Assembly: GCA_035526585.1 (NCBI GenBank)
Contig: DATLCC010000102.1
Location: 3,743 to 67,742 of the forward strand
Length of the DNA: 64,000 bases
Direction: 5' to 3'
DNA from: Thermoplasmatota archaeon
GTDB taxonomy: Archaea; Thermoplasmatota; SW-10-69-26; JACQPN01; JAJPHT01
Positions 19,869-29,435 of the stretch are shown piece after piece (position 1 is the stretch's first letter; each line of letters opens with the position of its first letter). Position numbers and translations under genes: made by a program. The notes under the pieces are model-generated. The model was not told the origin of the DNA. It searched no databases and saw nothing but the letters and a program-made list of their open reading frames with translations.

Positions 19869-20513
19869 ATGACCTTCAAACTCCCCGAACTCCCGTACGC
19901 GCCGGACGCGCTGGAGCCCGCCATCGACAAGACGACGATGGAGATCCACCACGGCCGCCACCACAAGGCGTACGTCGACAACCTGAACAAGGCCGTCGAA
20001 GGCAAGCCCGAGTGGGCCGCGAAGCCCGAATGGCAGCTCTGCATGGACATCGCGAGCGCCCCGAAGGAGCTGCAGCCCGCCCTCCGCAACAACGGCGGCG
20101 GCCACTGGAACCACACGCACTTCTGGAACATCATGGCCCCCAAGGGCAAGACCGGCTCCCCCTCGGCGGAGCTCGCCCGCAAGATCGACGAGGACCTCGG
20201 CGGCCTCGAGAAGATGAAGGAGGCCGTGAGCGACGCCGGCGTAAAGCGCTTCGGCAGCGGCTGGGCATGGGTCATCGTCGGCGGCGACGGCCACCTGCAC
20301 GTCGCCTCCACGCCCAACCAGGACAACCCCCTCATGAAGGGGATCGTCGAGCCCGCCGCGACCGGCACGCCCATCCTCGGCGTCGACGTCTGGGAGCACG
20401 CTTACTACCTGAAGTACCAGAACAAGCGCGCGGATTACCTCAAGGCCTGGTGGGACGTCGTCAACTGGAACACCGTCTCCACCATCTACGCCCAAGCCAC
20501 CAAGAAGTGGTGA
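19869..20513 (+). CDS. sod: Fe/Mn superoxide dismutase
   Basis: MTFKLPELPYAPDALEP..MEIHHGRHH..., and DVWEHAYYL near the C-terminus. Confidence 0.95.
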   Translation: MTFKLPELPYAPDALEPAIDKTTMEIHHGRHHKAYVDNLNKAVEGKPEWAAKPEWQLCMDIASAPKELQPALRNNGGGHWNHTHFWNIMAPKGKTGSPSAELARKIDEDLGGLEKMKEAVSDAGVKRFGSGWAWVIVGGDGHLHVASTPNQDNPLMKGIVEPAATGTPILGVDVWEHAYYLKYQNKRADYLKAWWDVVNWNTVSTIYAQATKKW

Positions 20514-20524
20514 TCTCCTGGCGA

Positions 20525-20551
20525 GGTCGCCTGCGGGCGACCCAGGCTTTT
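20525..20551 (+). terminator. Hairpin plus T-tract after sod
   Basis: GGTCGCC-TGCG-GGCGACC followed by CAGGCTTTT. Confidence 0.4.
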
Positions 20552-20664
20552 GATATCTTTCCTCGCTTTGTCCGAGCGGAGGCGCTCGCCTGACCGCGGT
20601 GTAACGTCGGGATCCTCGGTAGAAAGCAAGTATAAGTTCTCCAACCGCGAGCGACCCCCATCGA

Positions 20665-20895
20665 GTGGGGTTTCCGATGCGCGCGATCGAACCGGACATG
20701 GTCCTCGGGAAGCAAGCCATCGCCAGCGGCGGCGAACGCCTCGGCGAGATCGTCGACGTCGGGCTCTACACGCACGACCGCGTGAAGTTCCTCGTCGTCC
20801 AGCGCGGCGGCCCCGGCGCCGTCCCCATCCGCCGCGTCGAGGTGGGGGAGATCACGCAGGTCTCCGCCGACTCGGTCCGGCTGAGCGTCGCCTGA
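20665..20895 (+). CDS. PRC-barrel domain protein
   Basis: LGKQAIASGGERLGEIVDVGLYTHDRVKFLVV pattern. TATAAG at 20631-20636. The start is GTG 20665 or ATG 20677. Confidence 0.65.
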   Translation: MGFPMRAIEPDMVLGKQAIASGGERLGEIVDVGLYTHDRVKFLVVQRGGPGAVPIRRVEVGEITQVSADSVRLSVA

Positions 20896-20954
20896 GCCGC
20901 CTGTTCATCACGGGCACAAGAACGCTTTATCAAGCCGTTCCCGTAGCCCCCGCC

Positions 20955-22058
20955 ATGCGGACGCTCCTCGTCCTGTGCTCGATCGCTCTTCTCGTCGCCG
21001 GCTGCGCCGCGCCCGCCGGAGAGGAGGCGCCGGCCGCCGTCGCGGACCCGAGCGTCACGATCGACGAGGCGCGCCCCGACCCCACCTTCGCCGACGTGAA
21101 GCTCACGGCCGCCCTTCCCGACACCGCCGCGACGCTCGCCGCCGCGCCCGCGTGGGTGCCAGGCGAGTGGTGGCGCTATCATTTCTCGAGCCCCCTCACG
21201 GGCGAGGACGTCGAGTTCGTGAAGGTCGTCGCCGCGGTGGATGGAGACGTGTACGTCGTCGGCATGCCGCACGAGGGCTGGTACAAGGAGGCCGTCGTCT
21301 ACCACACGCCCTGCTTTGGCGACGTCCGCATCGAGGATCTCGGATGCGAGGCGCACAACATCCCCTTCCTCCCCGTCCAGTTCCCGCTCACCGACGGCGC
21401 GACGTGGACCACGCAGTTCGAGCGCCCGCCCGACCTCACCGCCACTGTGAAGGTCGACTCGCCCACGCAGGCCACCATCACGTTCACAGGCCCGAACGGC
21501 AACGTCGCGATCGAGGAGGTCTACGACGCGACCATCCACGAGGTCCGTTCGTTCACGCAGGCCACCGCCGTGTACGAGGTGATCGAGCACGGCTACGGCT
21601 TCCAAGGTTGGATCACGATCCCGCGCGCGATGCACCTCGTCTTCGAGCACGGCCGCCTGGGCGCGCCCGTCCTCTCGGTGAAGGCGAACCCGAACGACCC
21701 CGACCCCGCGAACCTCGCCGGCCCCCCGCAGGAGACGGTCGACGTCGCCGGCGGCTACAACCGCCTGAGCTTCATCATCGCCGCCGGCAACATCGGCCTC
21801 ACCCCCGGCGACGCCGGATACTACAAGGAGACCGCGACCGCGCCCGATGGCACCGCGTACAGCATCGAGGCGACGGGCCCCGAAGGGCTGAAGATCGAGT
21901 TCCTCGAAGCGAAGGACCCCGACGGCACGTGGAACCTCGAGCACCTCGCCGCCGGACCGGGGATCGCGTTCATCGAGGGGATCGCGTACCACCAGTACGA
22001 CATCCAACTCCCCGGCGGAGCGATCCGCTCCGATCATAGCCACGAAGTGATCCGCTGA
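20955..22058 (+). CDS. Hypothetical lipoprotein (367 aa)
   Basis: MRTLLVLCSIALLVAGC lipobox. Internal ATG of track ORF 20550..22058. Confidence 0.65.
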   Translation: MRTLLVLCSIALLVAGCAAPAGEEAPAAVADPSVTIDEARPDPTFADVKLTAALPDTAATLAAAPAWVPGEWWRYHFSSPLTGEDVEFVKVVAAVDGDVYVVGMPHEGWYKEAVVYHTPCFGDVRIEDLGCEAHNIPFLPVQFPLTDGATWTTQFERPPDLTATVKVDSPTQATITFTGPNGNVAIEEVYDATIHEVRSFTQATAVYEVIEHGYGFQGWITIPRAMHLVFEHGRLGAPVLSVKANPNDPDPANLAGPPQETVDVAGGYNRLSFIIAAGNIGLTPGDAGYYKETATAPDGTAYSIEATGPEGLKIEFLEAKDPDGTWNLEHLAAGPGIAFIEGIAYHQYDIQLPGGAIRSDHSHEVIR

Positions 22059-22311
22059 CGCAAAGCTCGCGCTTCGCGCTCACTTTGCGTACGACGACGG
22101 AGGTGCTGCCGACTTTGCTCAGCGCCGCTGCGGCGGCGTCCGAGGTGCACCGCAGCGCCCCGAGGACAAGGCGCGCCCTCAGCGCGCCGGCGCCTACGCA
22201 AAGTCGGCAGGACTCGCGGCTTCGCCGCTCCAGAGATCTACTTTAGGGGCGCTCGGCACGGCCGCTGCGGCGGCCGCGCCTCGGCCCCTACAAAGAATTC
22301 ACGATCTCTGG
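22058..22311. repeat. Cluster of nested inverted repeats between convergent genes
   Basis: ACGCAAAG/CTTTGCGT (22058/22083). CTGCCGACTTTGC/GCAAAGTCGGCAG (22106/22198). CCAGAGATC/GATCTCTGG (22230/22303) enclosing AGGGGC/GCCCCT. Direct 13-mer GCCGCTGCGGCGG at 22124 and 22261. Confidence 0.75.
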
Positions 22312-22330
22312 AGGGACGCTTGTTGGGATC

Positions 22331-22714
22331 TTACATCATCGTCTCACTGAGACCGATGATCCACGCGCGGTAAGCGAACGTGGAAGGATCCGTCCCATCC
22401 GCCCGCGCCTTCGCCGACAGGATGGATCTGGCCTCGCGCCATTCCTCGCGCGGGATCGGATGGCTCGCGCTTCCGCCCTCGTACGCGAGGAGGGCGTCCC
22501 TCATCGAAGCGGGGAGGCGTGCGAGCGTCGCGTTGTCCAGCGTCGTCGCGGTGGCATCGCCGGCGTGCACCTCCGTGATATGGACGGACGCGACCGGGCC
22601 CTCGTGCGGCGGCACGGTGACGTTGTTGACCAGGACCGCGACGAACACCGCGAGCGCCGCCAGGCAAAGGGCCGCGGCGATCCACACCATGCGTCGTTCC
22701 CGGGCCGCGAACAT
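22331..22714 (-). CDS. Hypothetical signal-anchored protein (127 aa)
   Basis: One N-terminal hydrophobic span (WIAAALCLAALAVFVAVLV). C-terminal part of track ORF 22331..23401; the alternative ATG is at 22690. Confidence 0.5.
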   Translation of the reverse strand: MFAARERRMVWIAAALCLAALAVFVAVLVNNVTVPPHEGPVASVHITEVHAGDATATTLDNATLARLPASMRDALLAYEGGSASHPIPREEWREARSILSAKARADGTDPSTFAYRAWIIGLSETMM

Positions 22715-22857
22715 GCGCGACGCGTGAGCGAGCCCCTCCGAGAACCTTGCGCGTCGCGGAGCGGAGACCGGCGGCAAGCTGCGTCTCCTCGCCCTCTTGC
22801 TCGCCCTCTTCGTCGCCCTCATGCAGGGCGAGGGCGAGCAAGAGCAAGTGGGCGAGG

Positions 22858-23871
22858 CTATCGGACGACGACGCGCCTCGGCCGCGGCGCGTTGTACCCG
22901 TAGCCGTGCACGTTCCACGCGGGCTTCTCGGGCTGCGCGTTCCCCGCCGCGTCCGTCGCCCGCGCGAGGATCACGGTCTCGCCCGCACGCGGCGACCACT
23001 CGGCGCTCCAGCCGCGCCACGCGTGCCGCTCCTTCTGCAGATCGAGCTTCGCGTCGCTCCACCTGCGGCCGCCGTCCGTGCTCACCTCCACGCGCGCGAT
23101 CGGCGCCTGGCCCGACCAGGCCCAGCCGCGGATCTGCGTGGGCGCGCCGGCCCGGACGCTCGCGTCCGGCGTCGGCGCGACGATGAGGGAATTCACGCGC
23201 TTCTCGCGGACGGGCGTCGTGGGCGCGCCTTCGGCGGCCTGGTAGACGTAGCGCTCGCGTTGGAAGTGGCCGGTGAAGGGGCGGCGCAGGCCGCGCACCT
23301 CGACGAGCCATTTGACGCTCGCGACGCCGTACCAGCTCGGGACGACGAGGCGCACGGGCGCGCCGTGGCGCGGCTCCAGAGCCGCGCCGTTCATCTCCCA
23401 CACGAGGAGCGCGCCCGCTTCGCGCGCGTCCTTCACGGGGAGCGAGCGCTCGAAGCCCATGGTGCGATCATGGTCCGCGCCGCGGAAGAGGAGCTCCGCC
23501 GTGCCGGGCGAGACGCCCGCGTCGTCCAGGAGCTCGTGGAGCGGCGCGCCGGTGAAGCGGGCACAGGCGACGGCGCGCTCGCGCCAGGCGGTGCCGCTGG
23601 GCTTGGGATCGAAGTAGGAGCGTCCGTTCCCCGCGCATTCGAGGACGACGTCGATCGTCTGCGACGGGCGCGCGGTGAGGTCGCCGTACGAGAGGCTGAA
23701 CGCGCGATCGAAGCCGTGGACCTGGAGCCGCCAGGCTTCCTTCGCGATGCTCGGGATGGGGAAATTGTTGCGCGTGTAGAAGCCGGCGATCGGCGTGATC
23801 GGTGGCGCGAGCGCGTCCCATGAGGACTCGACGTTGAGCGGCTCGCGGGTGATGACGTCCTCGTCGCGCAT
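22858..23871 (-). CDS. Sulfite-oxidase-family molybdopterin oxidoreductase
   Basis: FYTRNNFPIP, the VLECAGNGR molybdenum-cysteine context, VVPSWYGVASVKW, and a C-terminal dimerisation-domain pattern. Start at ATG 23871 avoids overlap with the upstream gene. Confidence 0.8.
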   Translation of the reverse strand: MRDEDVITREPLNVESSWDALAPPITPIAGFYTRNNFPIPSIAKEAWRLQVHGFDRAFSLSYGDLTARPSQTIDVVLECAGNGRSYFDPKPSGTAWRERAVACARFTGAPLHELLDDAGVSPGTAELLFRGADHDRTMGFERSLPVKDAREAGALLVWEMNGAALEPRHGAPVRLVVPSWYGVASVKWLVEVRGLRRPFTGHFQRERYVYQAAEGAPTTPVREKRVNSLIVAPTPDASVRAGAPTQIRGWAWSGQAPIARVEVSTDGGRRWSDAKLDLQKERHAWRGWSAEWSPRAGETVILARATDAAGNAQPEKPAWNVHGYGYNAPRPRRVVVR

Positions 23872-23893
23872 GCGTCGCCAACCTGGCGTCGTC

Positions 23894-24949
23894 TCAAGAA
23901 GGTTGGTTCGTCGCGGGGGCCGCATCCAGGAAGGCGCACACGTCGCCCATCGTGGGCGGCACCCCCTCCTTCCCGCTGATGTAGAGGCCGGCGACGGCGT
24001 TCGCGAGGAGCAGGCGGTCGGCGGGGCCGAGACCCGCGAGGTGACCGAGGATGCTGCCCGCGTTCCACGAGTCGCCCGCGCCCGTGACGCGCAGAGGCTC
24101 CACCCGGAACGTGGGGACGACCGCCTCTCCGTCGGGCCCGAAGCTCGCGGCGAAGCGCGCCGTGTGCAGGTCCAGCGTTCCTGCGGGGCGTCGGGACGCG
24201 AGGGCGCGCGCCGCGGCGACCTCCTCCTCGCCGACGGCGAGCGCGCGTCCTGCGAGAAGGCGGAGCTCGTTCTCGTTCAGGGCGTAGACGTCGAGGTCGG
24301 CGAGCGGCACGACCTCCGCGAGGAGCCCCTCGATGTCGCCCATCCGCGCGCTCGGGTCGCCCGTGTCCAGCATCGTCGTGGTGTTCGCACGTCGCGCGAC
24401 GCGCGCGACCTCGCGCACGAGCTCGGTGCCGCGCCGGTTCTGGCTCCAGTTGGCAAGGAGCACGAGGTCGGCCGCCTCGATGAGCGTCCAGTCGTTCTGC
24501 TCGAGCGAATCGGGGCCGAAGTGCGCCACGCTCCCCGGGTCGGAGAGCATCACGTTCGCGGGTCGGGCCTCGTGGAACTCGAGCGCGGTCGTGACGCTGA
24601 GCTCGCCATCGGGGCGGACGTAGCGCATGTCGACGCCCATGGTCCCGAGCGTCTGCTGGAGGTAGGCCTTGCCGAAGGGCGACGTGCGCGTCACGAGGTG
24701 CGCCTGCACGCCCAGGCGCGCGAGCGCGAGCGCGGTGTTCGCCGCGTTGCCGCCGGGCTGGAAGTGCTGCGCGGGCGTCGGGACGTTGCCGCCGCCGCGC
24801 CCGTGGACGCCCTGCCAGCGCGGGAGGACGTCCTGCCACGCGGGGAGAGGGACGAAGTGGTCGAGGAAGAAGTCGGGGAGCGTGACCACGTGCAACGCGC
24901 TCGCGTCGAGGGCTCGCAGGCGCTGGGCGAGTCCTCGCAGGTCGGGCAT
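23894..24949 (-). CDS. PfkB-family sugar/nucleoside kinase
   Basis: GGNAANTALALARLG near the N-terminus and the VTGAGDSWNAG anion-hole motif near the C-terminus. Confidence 0.8.
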   Translation of the reverse strand: MPDLRGLAQRLRALDASALHVVTLPDFFLDHFVPLPAWQDVLPRWQGVHGRGGGNVPTPAQHFQPGGNAANTALALARLGVQAHLVTRTSPFGKAYLQQTLGTMGVDMRYVRPDGELSVTTALEFHEARPANVMLSDPGSVAHFGPDSLEQNDWTLIEAADLVLLANWSQNRRGTELVREVARVARRANTTTMLDTGDPSARMGDIEGLLAEVVPLADLDVYALNENELRLLAGRALAVGEEEVAAARALASRRPAGTLDLHTARFAASFGPDGEAVVPTFRVEPLRVTGAGDSWNAGSILGHLAGLGPADRLLLANAVAGLYISGKEGVPPTMGDVCAFLDAAPATNQPS

Positions 24950-25054
24950 CGTTCGAGCGAAGCCGCCAAAGGCGGAAAAGCCCAGCGGCTCGCCTGTCCC
25001 TTGTTGGCAAAGGGCTTATCCCCGCCGCCCTTCGTCCTTCAAGCGAGCCGCGCC

Positions 25055-26929
25055 ATGATCACGTTCTTGACGGGGAACTCGCGCGTCCTTCTCACCATCG
25101 ACGAGAAGGGGCACTGGTCCAACCTGTACTACCCCTTCGCGGGCCAATACCAACATCTGCGCGCGGTGAAGCTGGGCGTCTTCGACGTCGCGGAGGACAC
25201 CTTCGCCTGGCTGGGCGAGGACGCTTCGTACGCGATCGAGCAGGACTACTACCAGGGATCCAACGCGGCGCGCACCTTCTACAACGGGCCGCTCCTGGAC
25301 GTGGAGGTCGTCGACACGGTGCACAGCAACCACGACCTCGTCATCCGCCGCGTGAGCGTGCACAACAAGACGCCCGTCGCTCGCTCCATCCGGATCTTCA
25401 ACTACCAGAGCCTCATGGTCCAGGAGTCGATGTACCAGGACACGGCGTACTGGGACGACACACGGAAGACCATCAACCACTACAAGCGCAACTACTACTT
25501 CCAGTACTGGGGTCGCCCCGACTTCACGAGCTACACGTGCGGGGAGCACACCCTGAAGGGGCTCCAAGGCTCCTACGTCGACGCGGAGGACGGCAAGCTC
25601 GAAGGCGGCCGCATCTCGCATGGCGCCGCCGACTCCGTCGTGCAATGGGACGTCGAGGTGCCCGCGGGCGGCACGCAGCACGTGCGGCTCCTCCTCATGA
25701 TCGGGCACAGCCGCAAGGACGTGAACCGCTTCTGGTCGCTCCTCGAGCACCGGGACCCGGAGGAGCTGGAGCGCGAGGCGATCGCCTTCTGGAACAACTG
25801 GATCGACCACAAATCCGCGGCCATCCCGGGCGACCTCAGCGAGGCCGTGCGCGAGGTCTACAAGCGGAGCGTCTTCGTCCTGCGCAACTGCTCCTCCGTG
25901 AACGGCTCGATCATCGCGTCGCCCGATCCGCGCACGCTGAAGTCCGGCGGAGACACGTACAACTACAACTGGTGGCGCGACGGCGGCTACATCGCGAAGG
26001 CGATGGACGAGGTCGGCCTCTACGAGAACGCGCACCGGTTCCTGAAGTTCGCGCAGGGCGCGCAGGAGGAGGAGGGCTACTTCCTCCACCGCCACTTCCC
26101 GGACGGCACCGTCGGCTCGACGTGGCACCCGCCTCCGTTCATCCAGATCGACCAGACCGCGACCGTGGTCTCCGCCGTGTGGCACCACTTCAAGCGCCAC
26201 GGCGACGTGGATCAGCTCCTCGAGCTCTGGCCGGTCGTGAAGCGCGCGGCGAACTGGCTCGAGCACTACGTCGACGCGCGCGGCCTGCCCCACCCGAGCT
26301 ACGATCTCTGGGAGGAGAAGAAGGCCGTGAACGCGTACTCGGTCGCGGCGGTGATCCACGGCCTCGAACGCGCCGAGCGCATCAGCGAGCAGCTGGGCAA
26401 GTCGCGCGGACGCTGGCGGCGCGCGAGCGCGCGCATGCGCGACGCGATGCTCTCGACGATGTGGAACGACAAGCGCGGCTGCTTCTACAAGGGCATCGAC
26501 CCCCTCGACGACACGATCGACGCGTCGACCCTCCTCGCCTTGAAGCTGGGCGTCCTCGACCCGCGCGACGCGCGCGCCGAGCGTCTAGTCCAAGCGGTGG
26601 AGAAGAGGCTCTGGGTGAAGGCGACCGGCGGCGTGGCGCGCTACGAGAACGACTCGTACTACGGCCACGAGAACCCGTGGATCATCTGCACGCTCTGGCT
26701 CGCCGAGGCGCATCTTCTCCTGGGGCGCCCCGAGAAGACGCGCGAGCTCCTCGAGTGGACGGCGCGCACGGCGTCCCCCACCGCGCTCCTTGCGGAGCAG
26801 CTCGACGGACGCACCGGCGAGCACACGTCCGTGACGCCCCTCGTCTGGTCGCATTCCACGTTCCTAGACGTCATGAACAAATACCGGCGCTTCGTCGAGG
26901 GCTCTGCCGCGCACGAGCGAGGCGACTGA
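25055..26929 (+). CDS. GH15 glucoamylase-type glycoside hydrolase
   Basis: Archaeal-type GH15 layout: N-terminal beta domain, then a catalytic (alpha/alpha)6-like region with YNYNWWRDG and LWEEKKAVNAYS. Internal ATG of track ORF 23795..26929. Confidence 0.8.
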   Translation: MITFLTGNSRVLLTIDEKGHWSNLYYPFAGQYQHLRAVKLGVFDVAEDTFAWLGEDASYAIEQDYYQGSNAARTFYNGPLLDVEVVDTVHSNHDLVIRRVSVHNKTPVARSIRIFNYQSLMVQESMYQDTAYWDDTRKTINHYKRNYYFQYWGRPDFTSYTCGEHTLKGLQGSYVDAEDGKLEGGRISHGAADSVVQWDVEVPAGGTQHVRLLLMIGHSRKDVNRFWSLLEHRDPEELEREAIAFWNNWIDHKSAAIPGDLSEAVREVYKRSVFVLRNCSSVNGSIIASPDPRTLKSGGDTYNYNWWRDGGYIAKAMDEVGLYENAHRFLKFAQGAQEEEGYFLHRHFPDGTVGSTWHPPPFIQIDQTATVVSAVWHHFKRHGDVDQLLELWPVVKRAANWLEHYVDARGLPHPSYDLWEEKKAVNAYSVAAVIHGLERAERISEQLGKSRGRWRRASARMRDAMLSTMWNDKRGCFYKGIDPLDDTIDASTLLALKLGVLDPRDARAERLVQAVEKRLWVKATGGVARYENDSYYGHENPWIICTLWLAEAHLLLGRPEKTRELLEWTARTASPTALLAEQLDGRTGEHTSVTPLVWSHSTFLDVMNKYRRFVEGSAAHERGD

Positions 26930-26981
26930 GCATGCGTGTCCCCCCAACAGCGAGGCCCGCACGCGAGGCGGAGAGTGTACG

Positions 26982-28169
26982 ATGAAGGTGGCCATGATCG
27001 GATGGGAGTTTCCGCCGTTCCTTGCCGGCGGGCTAGGCATCCATTGCCTGGAGCTCACGACGCAGCTCGCGAAGATCGGGGTCGCGATCGATTTCTACAT
27101 GCCGCACATCGCGATGGAGGGCGATCTGCGCGTCGCGGACCATCACAAGCATCTCGCGATCCACGAGGTCGAGGCGGAGCCTGGCATGTCTCCCTACGGG
27201 GACAGCACGCGCCGCGGGTACGACGCGGCCTTCAACGATGCGGTGTGGCAGTACAACATGCGGGTCGTGGACGCGTTCCAGAGCCACGATGCGGACGTGC
27301 TGCACGCGCACGATTGGATCACGTACCAGGCGGCGGTCGAGCTCAAGCGGCGCACCGGCAAGCCGCTCGTGTGGAGCTGCCACAGCACCGAGTACGATCG
27401 CAGCGCCGGCTTCTTCCCGCAGCACTGGACGATCGAGATCGAGAAGGCCGCCGTGCGCGCGGCCGACGTCGTCATCGCCGTGTCGGGCCTCACGCGCCAG
27501 CAGCTCATCGACCGCTACGGCGCCGACCCGGACAAGGTCGTGGCGATCCACAACGGCGTCGACTTCTCGAAGTGGTCGAGCCACGCGGATCGTGACTATG
27601 GCCTCTCGAAGAAGGTGGTCCTTTACCTAAGCCGCGTCTCGCGGCAGAAGGGACCCATGTCGTTCATCCGCGCCGCGAAGCGCGTGCTCGAGCTCGACCC
27701 GAGCGTGCGCTTCGTCGTCGCCGGCAAGGGGGAGATGGTCCCCGAGATGATCCAGTACTGCATCGCGAACGGCATCATGGAGAAGGTGACCTTCACCGGC
27801 TTCGTGCCCGACGCCGAGGCGCAGAGGCTCTACGAGATGTCGGACGTGTATGTCCTCCCGTCCGTCTCCGAGCCATTCGGGATCTCCGTGCTGGAGGCCA
27901 TGACGTCGGGCTGTCCGACGATCGTCTCGAAGACGACGGGGGTCGGCGAAGCCCTGACCCACGTGCTGCGCGCCGAGCACTGGGACAGCGACGAGATCGC
28001 GGACCAGATCGTCGCCGTGCTGCGCGATCGCCCCCTTCGCGAGGCGCTGGGCAAGAACGGCGCGCTCGAGGTCCGCAAGTTCACGTGGGAGCGCTGCGGG
28101 CGCAGCACGCTGGACGCGTACCAGCGCGCGGTGGCCCGAGCGCGCGGCGCACAACAGGTGATCGCTTGA
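26982..28169 (+). CDS. Glycogen synthase-like glycosyltransferase (GT-B fold)
   Basis: MKVAMIGWEFPPFLAGGLGIHC N-terminus and a C-terminal EPFGISVLEAM motif. It sits between GH15 and GH57. Confidence 0.75.
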   Translation: MKVAMIGWEFPPFLAGGLGIHCLELTTQLAKIGVAIDFYMPHIAMEGDLRVADHHKHLAIHEVEAEPGMSPYGDSTRRGYDAAFNDAVWQYNMRVVDAFQSHDADVLHAHDWITYQAAVELKRRTGKPLVWSCHSTEYDRSAGFFPQHWTIEIEKAAVRAADVVIAVSGLTRQQLIDRYGADPDKVVAIHNGVDFSKWSSHADRDYGLSKKVVLYLSRVSRQKGPMSFIRAAKRVLELDPSVRFVVAGKGEMVPEMIQYCIANGIMEKVTFTGFVPDAEAQRLYEMSDVYVLPSVSEPFGISVLEAMTSGCPTIVSKTTGVGEALTHVLRAEHWDSDEIADQIVAVLRDRPLREALGKNGALEVRKFTWERCGRSTLDAYQRAVARARGAQQVIA

Positions 28170-29356
28170 CGGATGTCTGCTTCTATTTCCAGGTCCACCA
28201 GCCGATCCGGCTGCGCCGGCTCCACCTCTTCAACATGCCCCAGGACACGCACTACTGGGACGACGCGAAGAACCGCGCGATCTTCGACCGCGTCTCCAAC
28301 AAGTGCTACGTCCCGACGAACAAGATGCTCCTCGAGCTCATCAAGGAGCACCCCGAGTTCAAGGTGAGCTTCAGCCTGAGCGGCACGTTCGTCGAGCAGG
28401 CCAAGCAGTTCCGCCCGGACGTGATGGACCTCTTCCGCGACCTCGCCGACACGGGTCGGGCCGAGTTCCTCGACGAGACGTACTACCATTCCCTCGCGGG
28501 CCTGTGGGAGGACCAGACGGAGCTGAAGACGCAGATCCAGCTCCACCGCGACCTCATGGAGAAGGAGCTCGGCGTCACGCCCACCTTCTACCGCAACACC
28601 GAGCTCATCTACGACGATCGCATCGCGCGCACCATCGAATCGTTGGGCTACCAGGGCATCGCGACCGAGGGCACGGAGAAGATCCTCGGCTGGCGCTCCC
28701 CCAACTTCGTCTACAAGCCCGCCCACGGAGACTCGAAGCTCAAGGTCCTCCTCAAGAACTACCGGCTCTCGGACGACATCGCGTTCCGCTTCAGCACGGG
28801 CCCCTCGTGGCCCGAGTGGCCCCTGACGGCGCCCAAGTTCGCCGACTGGCTCGCGAAGCAGGAGGGCGACACGATCGACCTCTTCATGGACTACGAGACG
28901 TTCGGCGAGCACAACTGGCCCGAATCCGGCATCTTCGACTTCCTGCGCCACATGCCAGGCGAAGCCATCCGCCGCGGCGTACGCTTCGCGACCCCGAGCG
29001 AGGTCGTCACCAAGCACGACCCCGTCGGCACGATCGACGTCCCCTTCGCGATCAGCTGGGCCGACTCGGAGAGGGATGTGAGCGCCTGGCTGCACAACGA
29101 GATGCAACAGCAGGCATTCAACACGCTGCGCGAGCTCGCCCCGTACGTCAAGGAGCTCAACGACCCCCAGATCACGCACGCCTGGCGCCTCCTCCAGACG
29201 AGCGACCACGTCTACTACTGCACGACGAAGCACATGGGCGACCAGGACATCCACATGTACTTCTCGCCCTACGACTCGCCCTACCAGGCGTTCATCAACC
29301 TGATGAACGTGATCGTGGACCTGAAGCACAAGATCTTCTCGCGCCTGCGGCGCTGA
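28166..29356 (+). CDS. GH57-family alpha-amylase-like enzyme
   Basis: CFYFQVHQPIRL, MDYETFGEHNW. TTG start overlaps the preceding TGA (TTGA at 28166-28169), and there is no in-frame ATG before the conserved HQP block. Confidence 0.75.
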   Translation: MTDVCFYFQVHQPIRLRRLHLFNMPQDTHYWDDAKNRAIFDRVSNKCYVPTNKMLLELIKEHPEFKVSFSLSGTFVEQAKQFRPDVMDLFRDLADTGRAEFLDETYYHSLAGLWEDQTELKTQIQLHRDLMEKELGVTPTFYRNTELIYDDRIARTIESLGYQGIATEGTEKILGWRSPNFVYKPAHGDSKLKVLLKNYRLSDDIAFRFSTGPSWPEWPLTAPKFADWLAKQEGDTIDLFMDYETFGEHNWPESGIFDFLRHMPGEAIRRGVRFATPSEVVTKHDPVGTIDVPFAISWADSERDVSAWLHNEMQQQAFNTLRELAPYVKELNDPQITHAWRLLQTSDHVYYCTTKHMGDQDIHMYFSPYDSPYQAFINLMNVIVDLKHKIFSRLRR

Positions 29357-29365
29357 GGCGTCGTC

Positions 29366-29430
29366 CGAAGTCGCCGCCGAGGGAACTCGGCGCCGACGCA
29401 TCCGCAGATGCGTTGAGCGCAGCGACTTCG
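29366..29430 (+). other. Three-way-junction-like structured element 3' of the GH57 gene
   Basis: Closing stem CGAAGTCGC/GCGACTTCG encloses CGCCGAG-GGAA-CTCGGCG and ACGCATC-CGCA-GATGCGT. Confidence 0.55.
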
Positions 29431-29435
29431 CGAGC

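Noticed and set aside
20548-20558. Shared 11-mer CTTTTGATATC at 8273 and 20547 as a specific regulatory motif.
   Set aside because: It is short, and both copies sit where generic T-rich terminator or TATA-like sequence is expected. The evidence is insufficient to call a distinct element.
22063-22074. Shared 12-mer AAAGCTCGCGCT just after stop codons at 22063 and 30033.
   Set aside because: Many 12-mer coincidences are expected by chance in a 64-kb GC-biased window, and the match does not extend.
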